Shown: one piece after another, positions 1 to 9,718 of the stretch
Layout of the letters: the number at the start of each line of letters is the position of its first letter
How positions within the stretch are numbered: position 1 is the first letter of the stretch
Assembly (NCBI GenBank): GCA_040256005.1
Contig: JBDZWC010000027.1
Location: forward strand, 4,175 to 28,988
Length of the DNA: 24,814 nt
Source: Deinococcaceae bacterium
GTDB lineage: Bacteria > Deinococcota > Deinococci > Deinococcales > Trueperaceae
Reading direction: 5' to 3'
Position numbers and translations under genes: made by a program
The notes under the pieces: generated by a model
Databases searched by the model: none
What the model saw: only the letters and a program-made list of their open reading frames with translations
Told to the model about the DNA's origin: nothing

Positions 1-68
1 GGATCGACGACGAGGGCTTCGGAGCCACGCTGAGGGAAGCCCTCGGGCCGCCGGGACCCGCCACCTGA
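1..68 (+). CDS. 3' end of an unidentified upstream gene (partial)
   Basis: Frame from nt 3 reads IDDEGFGATLREALGPPGPAT-TGA(66-68) with GC-rich codon usage. Too short to identify. Confidence 0.35.
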   Translation, partial: IDDEGFGATLREALGPPGPAT

Positions 69-165
69 CGCCGACCGGCCCCGCCGCCTGAGCCCCGCCG
101 CCATCGGCTGCCGATTAGGCCCGCACGCAACGAGCCTAGTCGTAAGCGGACCGTCAGAGAGCCCG

Positions 166-174
166 TGCTATCCT
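166..174 (+). promoter_or_regulatory. Extended -10 promoter (TGcTATCCT) for a leaderless yqeG-pilB transcript
   Basis: TATCCT at 169-174 preceded by TG at 166-167, 6 nt before ATG 181. No SD sequence. Confidence 0.65.
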
Positions 175-180
175 CCGCCG

Positions 181-660
181 ATGCTGCGCCCGGACGTCCG
201 TCTGGACTCGTTCGACCAGGTGACGCCCGAGCTTCTGATCGGCCTCGGTGCCCGCCACGTGCTTCTCGACCTCGACGACACCCTCGTGGCATCGGACCGC
301 GATGACCTCGAGGCCGGCGCCAGCGACGCCGTCCACAGGCTCCGGGCGGCGGGGCTGGGCGTGGCCATACTGTCCAACGGCACACATGAGCGGGTGATGA
401 GGCTGGGTAAGCTGTTGGACGTGCCTGGTATCGCCTTGGCGGGCAAGCCGTTCGCCTGGGCCTTCAGGCGCGCCCTCAAGCTACTGCCCGGCGCGGAACC
501 GTCCAACACGGCGATGGTGGGAGATCAACTGTTCACAGACGTGTTGGGCGCCAAGCGTGCCGGCATGGCGACGGTCCTGGTGCGGCCCCTGACGAAGGGT
601 AAGCTTCCTCATACCAGGTTCGCCAGGCGGCTTGAGAGAATGATCCTCGAGGAGCGTTGA
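181..660 (+). CDS. yqeG: YqeG-family HAD-IIIA phosphatase
   Basis: HAD motifs DLDDTL, ILSNG, KP, VGDQLFTDVLGA. 159 aa. Confidence 0.85.
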   Translation: MLRPDVRLDSFDQVTPELLIGLGARHVLLDLDDTLVASDRDDLEAGASDAVHRLRAAGLGVAILSNGTHERVMRLGKLLDVPGIALAGKPFAWAFRRALKLLPGAEPSNTAMVGDQLFTDVLGAKRAGMATVLVRPLTKGKLPHTRFARRLERMILEER

Positions 661-3326
661 CCTTGGCAGTTCTCTCGATCGGCGACAAGCGCCTTGGCGC
701 CGTTCTGCTGGAGCGTGGATACGTCACCGACGACGCGCTCCAACAGGCGATCGCCCGCCATTCGGAGGTGGGTGGCCGCCTGGCCGAGATCCTCATGCAG
801 CTCGGCGTGATCTCGGAGCAGCGCATCGCCAGGGCCGTCGAGGAGTCGATCGGCATCCCGCTCGTCAACCTCCCCCGCGTCGACGTGATGGGCGACGCGC
901 TCGCGAAGTTGCCAGGCACCCTGGCAGCCGAGCTGCTGGCCATGCCGTTCGCGCTCGACGGCGACCGCCTCCGCGTGGCCTTCGTTGACCCCCTCGACGC
1001 CCTCCTCATAGAAGAGGTGGAAGACGCTTCCGGTTGCCTGGTCGAGCCCTACCAGGCTCTCCATAAGGAGATCCAGTGGGCCCTCGCCACGTACTACCCC
1101 GAGCTGGGCCTCGAGCCACCCGTCGATGTCGACGTCGACATCAGTCAGCGGCTCGGCAACCTGGCCGTCGGCAAGGGGCTCCTGACAGAGCAACAGCTCG
1201 AGGACGCCATCGCCGAGCAGCAGCGCACAGGCGGTCTGTTGGGCCGCATCCTCGTCCAGATGGGCCACATCGGCGAGGAGGAGCTGGCGCAGCTCCTCGC
1301 CGAGCAGATGAACATCGAGTACGTCTCCAACCTCGACGACGAGCCCGTTTCGGACAAGCTCGGCACGACCCTGCTACGGCTCGACGCCGTCCAGTTCTCG
1401 GCGGTGCCGTACCGGTTCGAGGACGACGAGCTCGTCGTGGCCATCGCCGACCCCAGGCGGATGCCCGACATCGAGGCCATCGTCAACCGCAAGGTCAGGT
1501 TCGTGGCGGCACCCGAGGGCGCCGTCCAGAAGCGCATCGACCGGCTCTACGCCGACGACAAGGGCCGCCTGGGCGAGACGCTGCTGCAGAGCCGACGCCT
1601 CAAGCGCGAGCAGCTGCGGCGCGCCCTCGAGGAGCAGACCAAGCTGGGCAGCGTCAAGCCGCTCGGCGAGATCCTCGTGGACCTCGGCTACGTGACGCAG
1701 GGCGACGTCGACGAGGCGCTCAACAAGCAGCGGGCAGGTGGCGGTCGCCTCGAGGACACGCTGGTCCAGTCCGGCAAGATCAGCCCCGACATGCTGGCGC
1801 GGAGCCTGGCGATGCAGTTGGGCTTCCCGTTCGTCGAGGAGAACGTCCAGGTCGACCCGTACGCGGTGAGCCTGGTGCCGGAGGCGACAGCCAGGCGCTA
1901 CACGGCCATGCCGGTGAGGCTGGAAGGCAACACGCTCGTCGTGGCCATGAAAGACCCCCGCCACGTGTTCGCGCTCGACGACATCCAACTGATCACGGGC
2001 CGTGAGATCCAGCCGGCCGTCTCCACCGAGGAGACCCTGACCCGCCTGCTCAACCGCTACTACCGCGACGGCGCCGACATGGACGAGCTGGCGCGGGCGG
2101 TCGTGGAGGAGGTCGCCGGCGCCACCGGCAAGGAGCAGGAAGAGGACGACAGCTCGGCGATCGACGACAACGCGCTCGTGCGCGTCGTCAACAACATCAT
2201 CCGCGACGCCATCATCAACGACATCTCCGACATCCACATCGAGCCTCGCCCCGAGCGCGTCATCGTCCGCGTGCGCAAGGACGGCTCGCTGCGCGAGTAC
2301 ATGACGATGCCCAAGGTCACCGCGCCCGCGCTGTCCTCACGCATCAAGATCATGGGTGGCCTCAACATCGCCGAGCGCCGGCTGCCTCAGGACGGCCGCG
2401 TCCGGTTCAAGGACCGCAACCTCGAGGTCGACCTGCGCCTCTCGACCCTTCCCACCGTCTACGGCGAGAAGACCGTTATGCGCATCCTGAAGAAAGCGAC
2501 CGACATCCCCGAGATCGAGGAGCTCGGCTTCGCCGACTACAACTTCCAGAGCTTCGAGGACATCATCCAGAAGCCGTACGGCATGTTCCTGATCACCGGG
2601 CCCACCGGCTCGGGCAAGTCGTTCACGACGTTCTCTATCCTCAAGCGCATCGCCACACCAGACGTCAACGTCACGACGATCGAAGACCCGGTCGAGTACG
2701 AGATCCCCGGCATCAACCAGACCCAGGTGAACGTCAAGGCGGGCCTCGACTTCGCCAGGGCGCTGCGATCCTTCCTGCGCCAGGACCCCGACATCATCAT
2801 GGTCGGCGAGATCCGCGACCACGAGACGGCCAAGATCTCGATGGAGGCCGCCCTCACCGGTCACCTCCTCATCGCCACCCTGCACACCAACGACGCCGCC
2901 GGCGCCGTCACGCGCCTCACCGAGATGGGCATCGAGCCGTTCAACGTCTCCGCCTCGCTCCTCGGCGTGCTGGCCCAGCGCCTCGTCAGGAAGGTGTGTA
3001 AGGACTGCAAGGTGGCCTCCACCCCGGAACCGGACGTCCTGCGTCGCCTCGGCATGAAGGACGACGAGATCAAGGGCAAGGTCCTCTACCGCGGCGTGGG
3101 CTGCGAGAAGTGCGGCGGCAGCGGGTACAACGGCCGCTACGCGATCCACGAGCTGCTCGTCATAGACGACGAGATCCGCACCGCCATCGTCAAGGAGGCG
3201 TCGGCGTTCGAGATCCGCGAGCTGGCCATCGAGCGCGGCATGCACACCCTCAGGGACGACGGCATCAACAAGGCGCTGCAGGGCATCACGACGCTGGAAG
3301 AGGTCCTCGCCCGCACGTCCGAATGA
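657..3326 (+). CDS. pilB: Type IV pilus assembly ATPase PilB/PilF with three N-terminal GSPII (MshEN-type) domains
   Basis: RLGxxL repeats; Walker A GPTGSGKS; TIEDPVEY; LRQDPDIIMVGEIRD; TGHL/TLHTND; CKDC...CEKC zinc site. TTG start overlaps the yqeG stop (TTGA). Confidence 0.95.
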   Translation: MTLAVLSIGDKRLGAVLLERGYVTDDALQQAIARHSEVGGRLAEILMQLGVISEQRIARAVEESIGIPLVNLPRVDVMGDALAKLPGTLAAELLAMPFALDGDRLRVAFVDPLDALLIEEVEDASGCLVEPYQALHKEIQWALATYYPELGLEPPVDVDVDISQRLGNLAVGKGLLTEQQLEDAIAEQQRTGGLLGRILVQMGHIGEEELAQLLAEQMNIEYVSNLDDEPVSDKLGTTLLRLDAVQFSAVPYRFEDDELVVAIADPRRMPDIEAIVNRKVRFVAAPEGAVQKRIDRLYADDKGRLGETLLQSRRLKREQLRRALEEQTKLGSVKPLGEILVDLGYVTQGDVDEALNKQRAGGGRLEDTLVQSGKISPDMLARSLAMQLGFPFVEENVQVDPYAVSLVPEATARRYTAMPVRLEGNTLVVAMKDPRHVFALDDIQLITGREIQPAVSTEETLTRLLNRYYRDGADMDELARAVVEEVAGATGKEQEEDDSSAIDDNALVRVVNNIIRDAIINDISDIHIEPRPERVIVRVRKDGSLREYMTMPKVTAPALSSRIKIMGGLNIAERRLPQDGRVRFKDRNLEVDLRLSTLPTVYGEKTVMRILKKATDIPEIEELGFADYNFQSFEDIIQKPYGMFLITGPTGSGKSFTTFSILKRIATPDVNVTTIEDPVEYEIPGINQTQVNVKAGLDFARALRSFLRQDPDIIMVGEIRDHETAKISMEAALTGHLLIATLHTNDAAGAVTRLTEMGIEPFNVSASLLGVLAQRLVRKVCKDCKVASTPEPDVLRRLGMKDDEIKGKVLYRGVGCEKCGGSGYNGRYAIHELLVIDDEIRTAIVKEASAFEIRELAIERGMHTLRDDGINKALQGITTLEEVLARTSE

Positions 3327-3413
3327 GCCCGCTGGGGGCGATGTGTGATTCGTCAGAGCCCCGTGAGTGTGCCCGCGCTAGCGTGACGACAGCGAGAGGA
3401 CGCTTCGAACCCT

Positions 3414-4622
3414 ATGGCTGACCAGATCAGATCCACGCAGATACAGGCCGACATCGTCGACCTGTTGAAGATCGCCATCGAGCGGAAGGCGTCCGACCTC
3501 CTGCTCACCGTCGGGCTCCCGCCCATGCTCCGTATCCACGGCGAGTGGCGGCCCACCGAGCACGAGACCCTGACGCCCACCATGACGCGCCGCTTGATGT
3601 ACGCGCTCATGGACGAGAAGAAGCAGCGCAACTTCGAGGAGAAGAAGGACCTCGACTTCTCGTTCAGCCTCTCCGGGCACGGCCGCTTCCGCGTCAACGT
3701 CTTCGTGCAGCGCGGCTCCGTGGGTGGGGTCATGCGCACGATCTCGGAGGAGGTCCTCAGCTTCGCCGAGCTGGGTCTGCCCGACGAGGTGGCGGACGTC
3801 GCGCGGCTGCCGCGCGGCCTGGTGCTGGTCACCGGCCCCACGGGCTCGGGCAAGTCGACGACGCTCGCGACGATGATCGACCTCATCAACACCGAGTACC
3901 CCAAGCACATCGTCACGATCGAGGACCCGATCGAGTTCTTCCACCGCCACAAGCAGTCGATCATCAACCAGCGCGAGGTCGGCGAGGACACCCAGAACTT
4001 CAACAACGCGCTCAGGAGCGTGCTCCGGCAGGCTCCCGACGTGATCCTCGTGGGTGAGATGCGAGACCACGAGACGATCGGCGCCGCCGTGACCGCGGCC
4101 GAGACCGGTCACCTCGTCATGGCGACGCTTCACACGAACTCCGCCTCCGAGGCCATCGACCGCATCATCGACGTGTTCCCCGACGCTCAGCAGGAGCAGG
4201 TGCGCGTACAGCTCGCCAACAACCTGCAGGCGATCCTCACCCAGCAGCTGGTCCCGCGCATGAACGGCGAAGGCCGCGTGCTGGCCTACGAGTTCCTGCT
4301 GGCGACCCCTGCCATCCGCAACCAGATCCGCGAGGGCAAGTCGCACCAGATCCCCGGCTCCATCCAGACGAGCGGCCAGATCGGCATGATCACGATGGAC
4401 GCCTGCCTCGCCGAGCTGCATCTGAAGAAGATGATCTCGTTCGAGATGGGCCTGGCGCGCAGCGTCGACCAGAAGGAGTTCGAGCGCCTCGTGACCAGCG
4501 GTGGCATCGCCGGCCAGGAGCGCCCCAACAACGGCACGACGACGGTGCCCACGCGCGTCGGCCCCGAGGTGGGCCGCATGGGTGGACCGCCCGCCATCGG
4601 CCGAGGGGGCAGGTCGGCGTAA
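3414..4622 (+). CDS. pilT: Type IV pilus retraction ATPase PilT
   Basis: GPTGSGKSTT, TIEDPIEF, LRQAPDVILVGEMRD, ETGHLV, AIRNQIRE (variant of the AIRNLIRE motif). Confidence 0.93.
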   Translation: MADQIRSTQIQADIVDLLKIAIERKASDLLLTVGLPPMLRIHGEWRPTEHETLTPTMTRRLMYALMDEKKQRNFEEKKDLDFSFSLSGHGRFRVNVFVQRGSVGGVMRTISEEVLSFAELGLPDEVADVARLPRGLVLVTGPTGSGKSTTLATMIDLINTEYPKHIVTIEDPIEFFHRHKQSIINQREVGEDTQNFNNALRSVLRQAPDVILVGEMRDHETIGAAVTAAETGHLVMATLHTNSASEAIDRIIDVFPDAQQEQVRVQLANNLQAILTQQLVPRMNGEGRVLAYEFLLATPAIRNQIREGKSHQIPGSIQTSGQIGMITMDACLAELHLKKMISFEMGLARSVDQKEFERLVTSGGIAGQERPNNGTTTVPTRVGPEVGRMGGPPAIGRGGRSA

Positions 4623-4640
4623 CCACTTCGGGCGCCTTGG

Positions 4641-4670
4641 TTGACGCCCTTCGGAGACCGAACTTATACT
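4641..4670 (+). promoter_or_regulatory. Sigma70-type promoter of the leu leader/operon
   Basis: TTGACG (4641-4646), 18 nt spacer, TATACT (4665-4670). ATG of the leader ORF lies 7 nt downstream. Confidence 0.8.
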
Positions 4671-4677
4671 TCCGGTC

Positions 4678-4755
4678 ATGCTTCGCGGCCGCCAGCACGA
4701 CCTCGCTGACTCCGCTCGTGGCGACACCTCGCTACTAGCCGGAACGGGGGCTTAG
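4678..4755 (+). CDS. Leucine attenuator leader peptide (leuL-like), 25 aa, leaderless
   Basis: [28 protein letters not shown], with tandem rare CTA CTA Leu codons at 4732-4737. Upstream of a terminator and leuC. Confidence 0.75.
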   Translation: MLRGRQHDLADSARGDTSLLAGTGA

Positions 4756-4804
4756 GCGACCCGGGAGCGCCTCCCCTCGTGGGAGCGAACCAAGGATCTC
4801 CAGC

Positions 4805-4841
4805 GACCCCCGGCCCACCCGCGGCCGGGGGTCTTCTTCTT
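4805..4841 (+). terminator. Intrinsic terminator (attenuator) upstream of leuC
   Basis: Perfect 11-bp stem GACCCCCGGCC(4805-4815)/GGCCGGGGGTC(4823-4833), 7-nt loop, followed by TTCTTCTT. Confidence 0.8.
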
Positions 4842-4865
4842 GACAGCGCGGGCGAGAGGATACGG

Positions 4866-6296
4866 ATGCCAAGACCGAGAAGCCTCCTCGACAAGGTGTG
4901 GGAGACCCACGCGGTGCGCACCTTGGGGAACGGCCAGACGCAGCTCTTCATCGACACCCACCTGGTCCACGAGGTGACGAGCCCGCAAGCCTTCGCGATG
5001 CTCGAGGACCTGGGACTGGGCGTGCTGATGCCGCACCGGACCTTCGCCACCGTCGACCACATCCTGCCGACGCACACGCGTGCGGAGCCGTTCGACGATC
5101 CGATGGCGCAGGCGATGATCACGGCGCTGAGACGCAACGTGGCAGGGCATGCCGTCCCGTTCTTCGACGTGGGCTCCGGCAGCCAGGGCATCGTCCACAT
5201 GGTGGGGCCCGAGCTCGGGATCACGCAGCCCGGCACGACGATCGTCTGCGGCGACAGCCACACCAGCACACACGGCGCGTTCGGCGCCATAGCGTTCGGG
5301 ATCGGTACTCGCGAGGTGCGTGACGTCCTGGCGACCCAGACCCTCGCGCTCTCCAAGCCGAAGCTGCGCCGCATCGAGGTCAACGGCCACCTGGGCCCCG
5401 GCGTGTACGCCAAGGACGTGATCCTCCACATCATCAGGACGCTGGGCGTGAAGGGCGGGGTCGGCTACGCCTACGAGTACGGCGGCGACGTCTTCGACGC
5501 GATGAGCATGGAGGAGCGCATGACCGTCTGCAACATGTCCATCGAGGGCGGGGCGCGCTTCGGATACGTCAATCCTGACGCGACCACCGTGGAGTACCTG
5601 CGCGGCCGGGAGTACGCGCCGGCCGGTGACGCCTGGGAGCCCGCCGTGGAGCGCTGGCTCTCCTACCGCTCCGACCCCGACTGCGATTACGACGACGTCG
5701 TGACGCTCCGGGCCGAGGACGTGCCGCCCACGGTCACGTGGGGCCTCAACCCCGGCCAGTCCGTGGCGATCCACGAACCAGTACCCACGCCGGACTCCGT
5801 GCCGGCGAACGAGCGCCCGGCCGTAGAGGAGGCACTGGCGCACATGCGGCTCCAGGGCGGCACGCCCATGACCGGCACGAAGATCGACGTGGCCTTCCTG
5901 GGCTCGTGCACCAACGCTCGCCTGTCCGACTTCGTGGAGGTCGCCAGGTTCCTGGAAGGCAGGCGTGTGCACCCCGGCGTCAAGGCCATCGCGGTGCCTG
6001 GCTCCGAGCGCGTCAAGCGCGAGTGCGAGACCCGCGGCATAGACCGCATCCTCAAGGCCGCCGGGTTCGAGTGGCGCGCCGCCGGCTGTTCCATGTGCCT
6101 CGCCATGAACCCGGACAGGCTCGAGGGCGATCAGCTGTGCGCCTCCTCGTCTAACCGCAACTTCAAGGGCCGCCAGGGCTCGCCGACCGGCCGCACCGTG
6201 CTCATGAGCCCGGTGATGGTGGCGGCCGCCGCCGTGACGGGCGTCGTGTCCGACGCGCGCGAGGTGTTCGGGGTGGGCCGCGAGGTCGTGGCATGA
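4866..6296 (+). CDS. leuC: 3-isopropylmalate dehydratase large subunit
   Basis: [41 protein letters not shown]. Start reassigned to ATG 4866, after SD GAGAGGA (4854-4860). Confidence 0.96.
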   Translation: MPRPRSLLDKVWETHAVRTLGNGQTQLFIDTHLVHEVTSPQAFAMLEDLGLGVLMPHRTFATVDHILPTHTRAEPFDDPMAQAMITALRRNVAGHAVPFFDVGSGSQGIVHMVGPELGITQPGTTIVCGDSHTSTHGAFGAIAFGIGTREVRDVLATQTLALSKPKLRRIEVNGHLGPGVYAKDVILHIIRTLGVKGGVGYAYEYGGDVFDAMSMEERMTVCNMSIEGGARFGYVNPDATTVEYLRGREYAPAGDAWEPAVERWLSYRSDPDCDYDDVVTLRAEDVPPTVTWGLNPGQSVAIHEPVPTPDSVPANERPAVEEALAHMRLQGGTPMTGTKIDVAFLGSCTNARLSDFVEVARFLEGRRVHPGVKAIAVPGSERVKRECETRGIDRILKAAGFEWRAAGCSMCLAMNPDRLEGDQLCASSSNRNFKGRQGSPTGRTVLMSPVMVAAAAVTGVVSDAREVFGVGREVVA

Positions 6297-6901
6297 CCGC
6301 CTTCCAACCCGTGACGCGCGTGACGGGCCGGGCCGTCGCGCTACCCGCTGACGACATCGACACCGACCGAGTCATCCCGGCGCGCTTCCTCAAGGCCGTC
6401 ACCTTCGACGACCTAGGCGACCAGCTCTTCTACGACGAGCGCTTCGACGAGTCCGGCGCGCCCAAGGGCCACCCGCTCGACGAGCCGGCCAGGGCCGGCG
6501 CCTCCGTCCTGGTGACGGGCGTCAACTTCGGCTGCGGCTCCAGCCGCGAGCACGCACCGAGGGCCATCGCCAAGGCGGGGTTCCAGGCGGTCGCGGCCGG
6601 CAGCTTCTCGGAGATCTTCTTCGGCAACGCCACCGGCCTGGGCCTCCCCTGCGTGTCGCTGGCGCGGGGTGACCTGGCGGAGCTGACAGCCGCCGTGCTC
6701 GCCGACCCCAGCCTCGAGGTCACGGTAGACCTGGCATCGCTGCGCGTCGAAGCGGGCGACCGGAGTTACGCTGCGTCCATGCCGGATAGCGCCAGGACCG
6801 CCCTGCTGGGAGGAACCTACGACCCCCTCTCCGAGCTGCTCGAGGGGCTGACCGAGACGAAGGCCGTCGCCGCTCGTTTGGGCCACGGGGCCGGCGCGTG
6901 A
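6293..6901 (+). CDS. leuD: 3-isopropylmalate dehydratase small subunit
   Basis: [37 protein letters not shown] overlap with leuC. Confidence 0.95.
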   Translation: MTAFQPVTRVTGRAVALPADDIDTDRVIPARFLKAVTFDDLGDQLFYDERFDESGAPKGHPLDEPARAGASVLVTGVNFGCGSSREHAPRAIAKAGFQAVAAGSFSEIFFGNATGLGLPCVSLARGDLAELTAAVLADPSLEVTVDLASLRVEAGDRSYAASMPDSARTALLGGTYDPLSELLEGLTETKAVAARLGHGAGA

Positions 6902-8007
6902 CGCCGGGCCGCAGCCAAGGCTCGCGTCGCGTGAAGGTCGCGGTCCTGCCCGGTGACTTCGTCGGGCCGGAGGTCGTCGCGGCCGCTCTGGAGGCGTTGG
7001 ACGCCCTGAGCGCGCCCTTCGGGCTCGACCTCGAGCTGAGCACCCTGCCGTTCGGCGGCAAAGCCTTCGAGGCGCACGGCGACGCGTTCCCCGCGGAGAC
7101 GATGCGGGCCGTCTCCGAGGCCGACGCGGTGCTGCTCGGCTCGGTGGGGGGCCCCGTCGGCGATCACCCTTGGAACCGCCTGCCGCGCGAGAAGCGCATC
7201 GAGACCGCGATCCTGAACCTCAGGCGCCACTTGGGCGTGTTCGCGAACCTCAGGCCGGTGAAGGTATTCCCTGGGTTGGAGCACCTCTCTCCCCTACGCC
7301 CCGAGCGGGCCGCCGGCACCGACATGGTGATCTTCCGCGAGCTCACGGGCGGCATCTACTTCGGCAAGCCGTCTCACAACCGGGAGGACGAGGGCCTCTC
7401 GACGATGGTCTACCAGCGCCATGAGGTGGAGCGCATCGCGCGGTTGGCGTTCGCGACCGCCAGGGACAGGCGCAACCGCGTCACGAACGTCGACAAGTCG
7501 AACGTGCTGGACGTGTCTCAGTTCTGGCGCGACGTCGTGGTCGACCTGCACGCCCGCGAGTTCCCAGACGTCGAGCTGAACCACCTCTACGTCGACAACG
7601 CCGCCATGCAGCTCGTGCGAGATCCGACGGCGTTCGACGTGCTGGTCATGGGCAACCTCTTCGGCGACATCCTGTCCGACCTGGGAGGAGTCATCCCGGG
7701 CTCGCTGGGTGTCCTGCCGTCCGCCAGCCTGGGCGGCAGCGTCGGGCTCTACGAGCCTGTGCACGGCAGCGCGCCAGACATCGCCGGCCAGGGGGTGGCG
7801 AACCCGACTGGCACCATGCTCTCGGTCGCCATGATGCTGCGGCACAGCTTGGACGCGCCCCACGCCGCGCACGCGCTGGAGGGCGCCGTGCAGGACGCGC
7901 TCGCCGAGGACCCGACTCGCGACCTTGGTGGGTCCCGCGACACGCGCGCCTTCACCACAGCGGTTATCGACGCGATCTCCCGGAGGACCGAACTTGTCAA
8001 CAACTGA
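6898..8007 (+). CDS. leuB: 3-isopropylmalate dehydrogenase
   Basis: [55 protein letters not shown]. Start is GTG 6898 (GTGA overlap) or alternatively GTG 6931. Confidence 0.95.
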   Translation: MTPGRSQGSRRVKVAVLPGDFVGPEVVAAALEALDALSAPFGLDLELSTLPFGGKAFEAHGDAFPAETMRAVSEADAVLLGSVGGPVGDHPWNRLPREKRIETAILNLRRHLGVFANLRPVKVFPGLEHLSPLRPERAAGTDMVIFRELTGGIYFGKPSHNREDEGLSTMVYQRHEVERIARLAFATARDRRNRVTNVDKSNVLDVSQFWRDVVVDLHAREFPDVELNHLYVDNAAMQLVRDPTAFDVLVMGNLFGDILSDLGGVIPGSLGVLPSASLGGSVGLYEPVHGSAPDIAGQGVANPTGTMLSVAMMLRHSLDAPHAAHALEGAVQDALAEDPTRDLGGSRDTRAFTTAVIDAISRRTELVNN

Positions 8008-9694
8008 GGCGACAGCCGAGACGAAGCTCAACCGGCGCAGCGCGGTAGTCACGACCGGCGACGAACGCGCCCCCAACCGCGCGATGCTCCGCGCCGTCGG
8101 TTTCAAGGAAGAGGATTTCGGCAAGCCCATCGTGGGCATCGCCGACGGTCATTCGACGATCACGCCCTGCAACTCGGGCCTCAGGCGGCTCGCTGACGCG
8201 GCCGCGGCGGCGGTAGCTGGCGCCGGCGGGATGCCACAGACGTTCGGCACCATCACGATCTCCGACGGCATCTCGATGGGGACCGAGGGCATGAAGTGCA
8301 GCCTCGTCTCACGGGAGGTCATCGCCGACTCCATCGAGACGGTGGGACGCGGGCAGAGCATGGACGCCATGCTCGTCGTGGGCGGCTGCGACAAGAACAT
8401 GCCCGGCGGCATGATCGCCCTGGCCAGGCTCGACGTGCCCTCGATCTACGTCTACGGCGGCACGATCAAGCCGGGTCGGCTGGCGGGCGAGGACCTGACG
8501 ATCGTCAGCGTCTTCGAGGCCGTGGGGGCCAGGGCGGCCGGCCGCATCGAGCTGGAGACGCTGCAGGCGATCGAGGCGTCCGCGTGCCCCGGCCCGGGCT
8601 CCTGTGGCGGCATGTACACCGCGAACACCATGTCCTCGGCGATCGAGGCGCTGGGCATGAGCCTCCCCTACTCGAGCACGATGGCTGCCGAGGACGACGA
8701 GAAGGTCACCAGCGCGCACGATAGTGGGGAGGCGCTGGTGCGTCTTGTGGCCCAGGACCTGCGCCCCAGCCGGATCATGACGAGGCACGCCTTCGAGAAC
8801 GCGATCCGGGTCGTCATGGCCGTAGGGGGCAGCACCAACGCCGTGCTGCACCTGCTCGCCATCGCTCACTCGATGGGCGTCGAGCTCGGCATCGACGACT
8901 TCGAGCGCCTGCGCTTGACGACCCCCGTGTTGTGCGACCTCAAGCCGTCCGGCCGCTACGTGGCGACCGACCTCCACGCCGTCGGCGGGATACCGCTCGT
9001 CATGCGCATGCTCCTCGACGCCGGGCTGCTGCACGGTGACTGCCTGACGGTGACCGGACGGACGGTGGCGGAGAACCTGGCCAACGTGGCCAGCACGCCG
9101 CCCGCCGGTCAGGACGTGGTGCACCCCATCACGGACCCGCTGTACGGCGTCGGGCACCTCAACGTGCTGCGTGGCAACCTGGCGCCGGAGGGCGCCGTCG
9201 CGAAGACGACCGGTCTCAAGAGCACCCACATCACGGGTCCAGCCCGCGTGTTCGACGGCGAGGAAGCCGCCATGGCGGCGATCCTGTCGCGGTCGATAGT
9301 CCCGGGCGACGTCGTGGTGATCCGCTACGAGGGCCCCAAGGGCGGGCCCGGCATGCGGGAGATGTTGGCGCCGACGAGCGCGATCATCGGCCAGGGCCTG
9401 GGCGACTCCGTGGCCCTCATCACGGACGGCAGGTTCTCGGGCGGCACCTACGGCCTCGTGGTCGGTCACGTCGCTCCGGAGGCGGCGGTGGGCGGACCTA
9501 TCGGTCTCGTGCAGGACGGTGATCTCATCACGATAGACGCCGCGACCAACCTCCTCCAGCTGGAGGTGGACGAGGCCGAGCTGGCCCGGCGCCGCGCTGC
9601 GTGGCGGCCGCCGACCCCGCGCTACACTACCGGCGTGTTGGCCAAGTACGCCAAGCTCGTGTCCAGCGCGTCCGTCGGTGCGGTGACCGATTGA
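7994..9694 (+). CDS. ilvD: Dihydroxy-acid dehydratase
   Basis: [53 protein letters not shown]. Start reassigned to TTG 7994, after SD GGAGGA (7982-7987). Confidence 0.95.
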   Translation: MSTTEATAETKLNRRSAVVTTGDERAPNRAMLRAVGFKEEDFGKPIVGIADGHSTITPCNSGLRRLADAAAAAVAGAGGMPQTFGTITISDGISMGTEGMKCSLVSREVIADSIETVGRGQSMDAMLVVGGCDKNMPGGMIALARLDVPSIYVYGGTIKPGRLAGEDLTIVSVFEAVGARAAGRIELETLQAIEASACPGPGSCGGMYTANTMSSAIEALGMSLPYSSTMAAEDDEKVTSAHDSGEALVRLVAQDLRPSRIMTRHAFENAIRVVMAVGGSTNAVLHLLAIAHSMGVELGIDDFERLRLTTPVLCDLKPSGRYVATDLHAVGGIPLVMRMLLDAGLLHGDCLTVTGRTVAENLANVASTPPAGQDVVHPITDPLYGVGHLNVLRGNLAPEGAVAKTTGLKSTHITGPARVFDGEEAAMAAILSRSIVPGDVVVIRYEGPKGGPGMREMLAPTSAIIGQGLGDSVALITDGRFSGGTYGLVVGHVAPEAAVGGPIGLVQDGDLITIDAATNLLQLEVDEAELARRRAAWRPPTPRYTTGVLAKYAKLVSSASVGAVTD

Positions 9695-9718
9695 CGCCTC
9701 GCCGGAGGTAGGTCCACC

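Noticed and set aside
3344..3360. CRP-like TGTGA site upstream of pilT
   Set aside because: No TCACA-like half-site at N6 spacing.
4779..4865. N-terminal extension of LeuC from GTG 4779
   Set aside because: Runs through the attenuator terminator. ATG 4866 has a good SD and matches a typical LeuC start.
4840..4867. Perfect TTGACA just upstream of leuC as a second promoter
   Set aside because: No TAnnnT at 16-18 nt spacing, and the TT belongs to the terminator U-tract.
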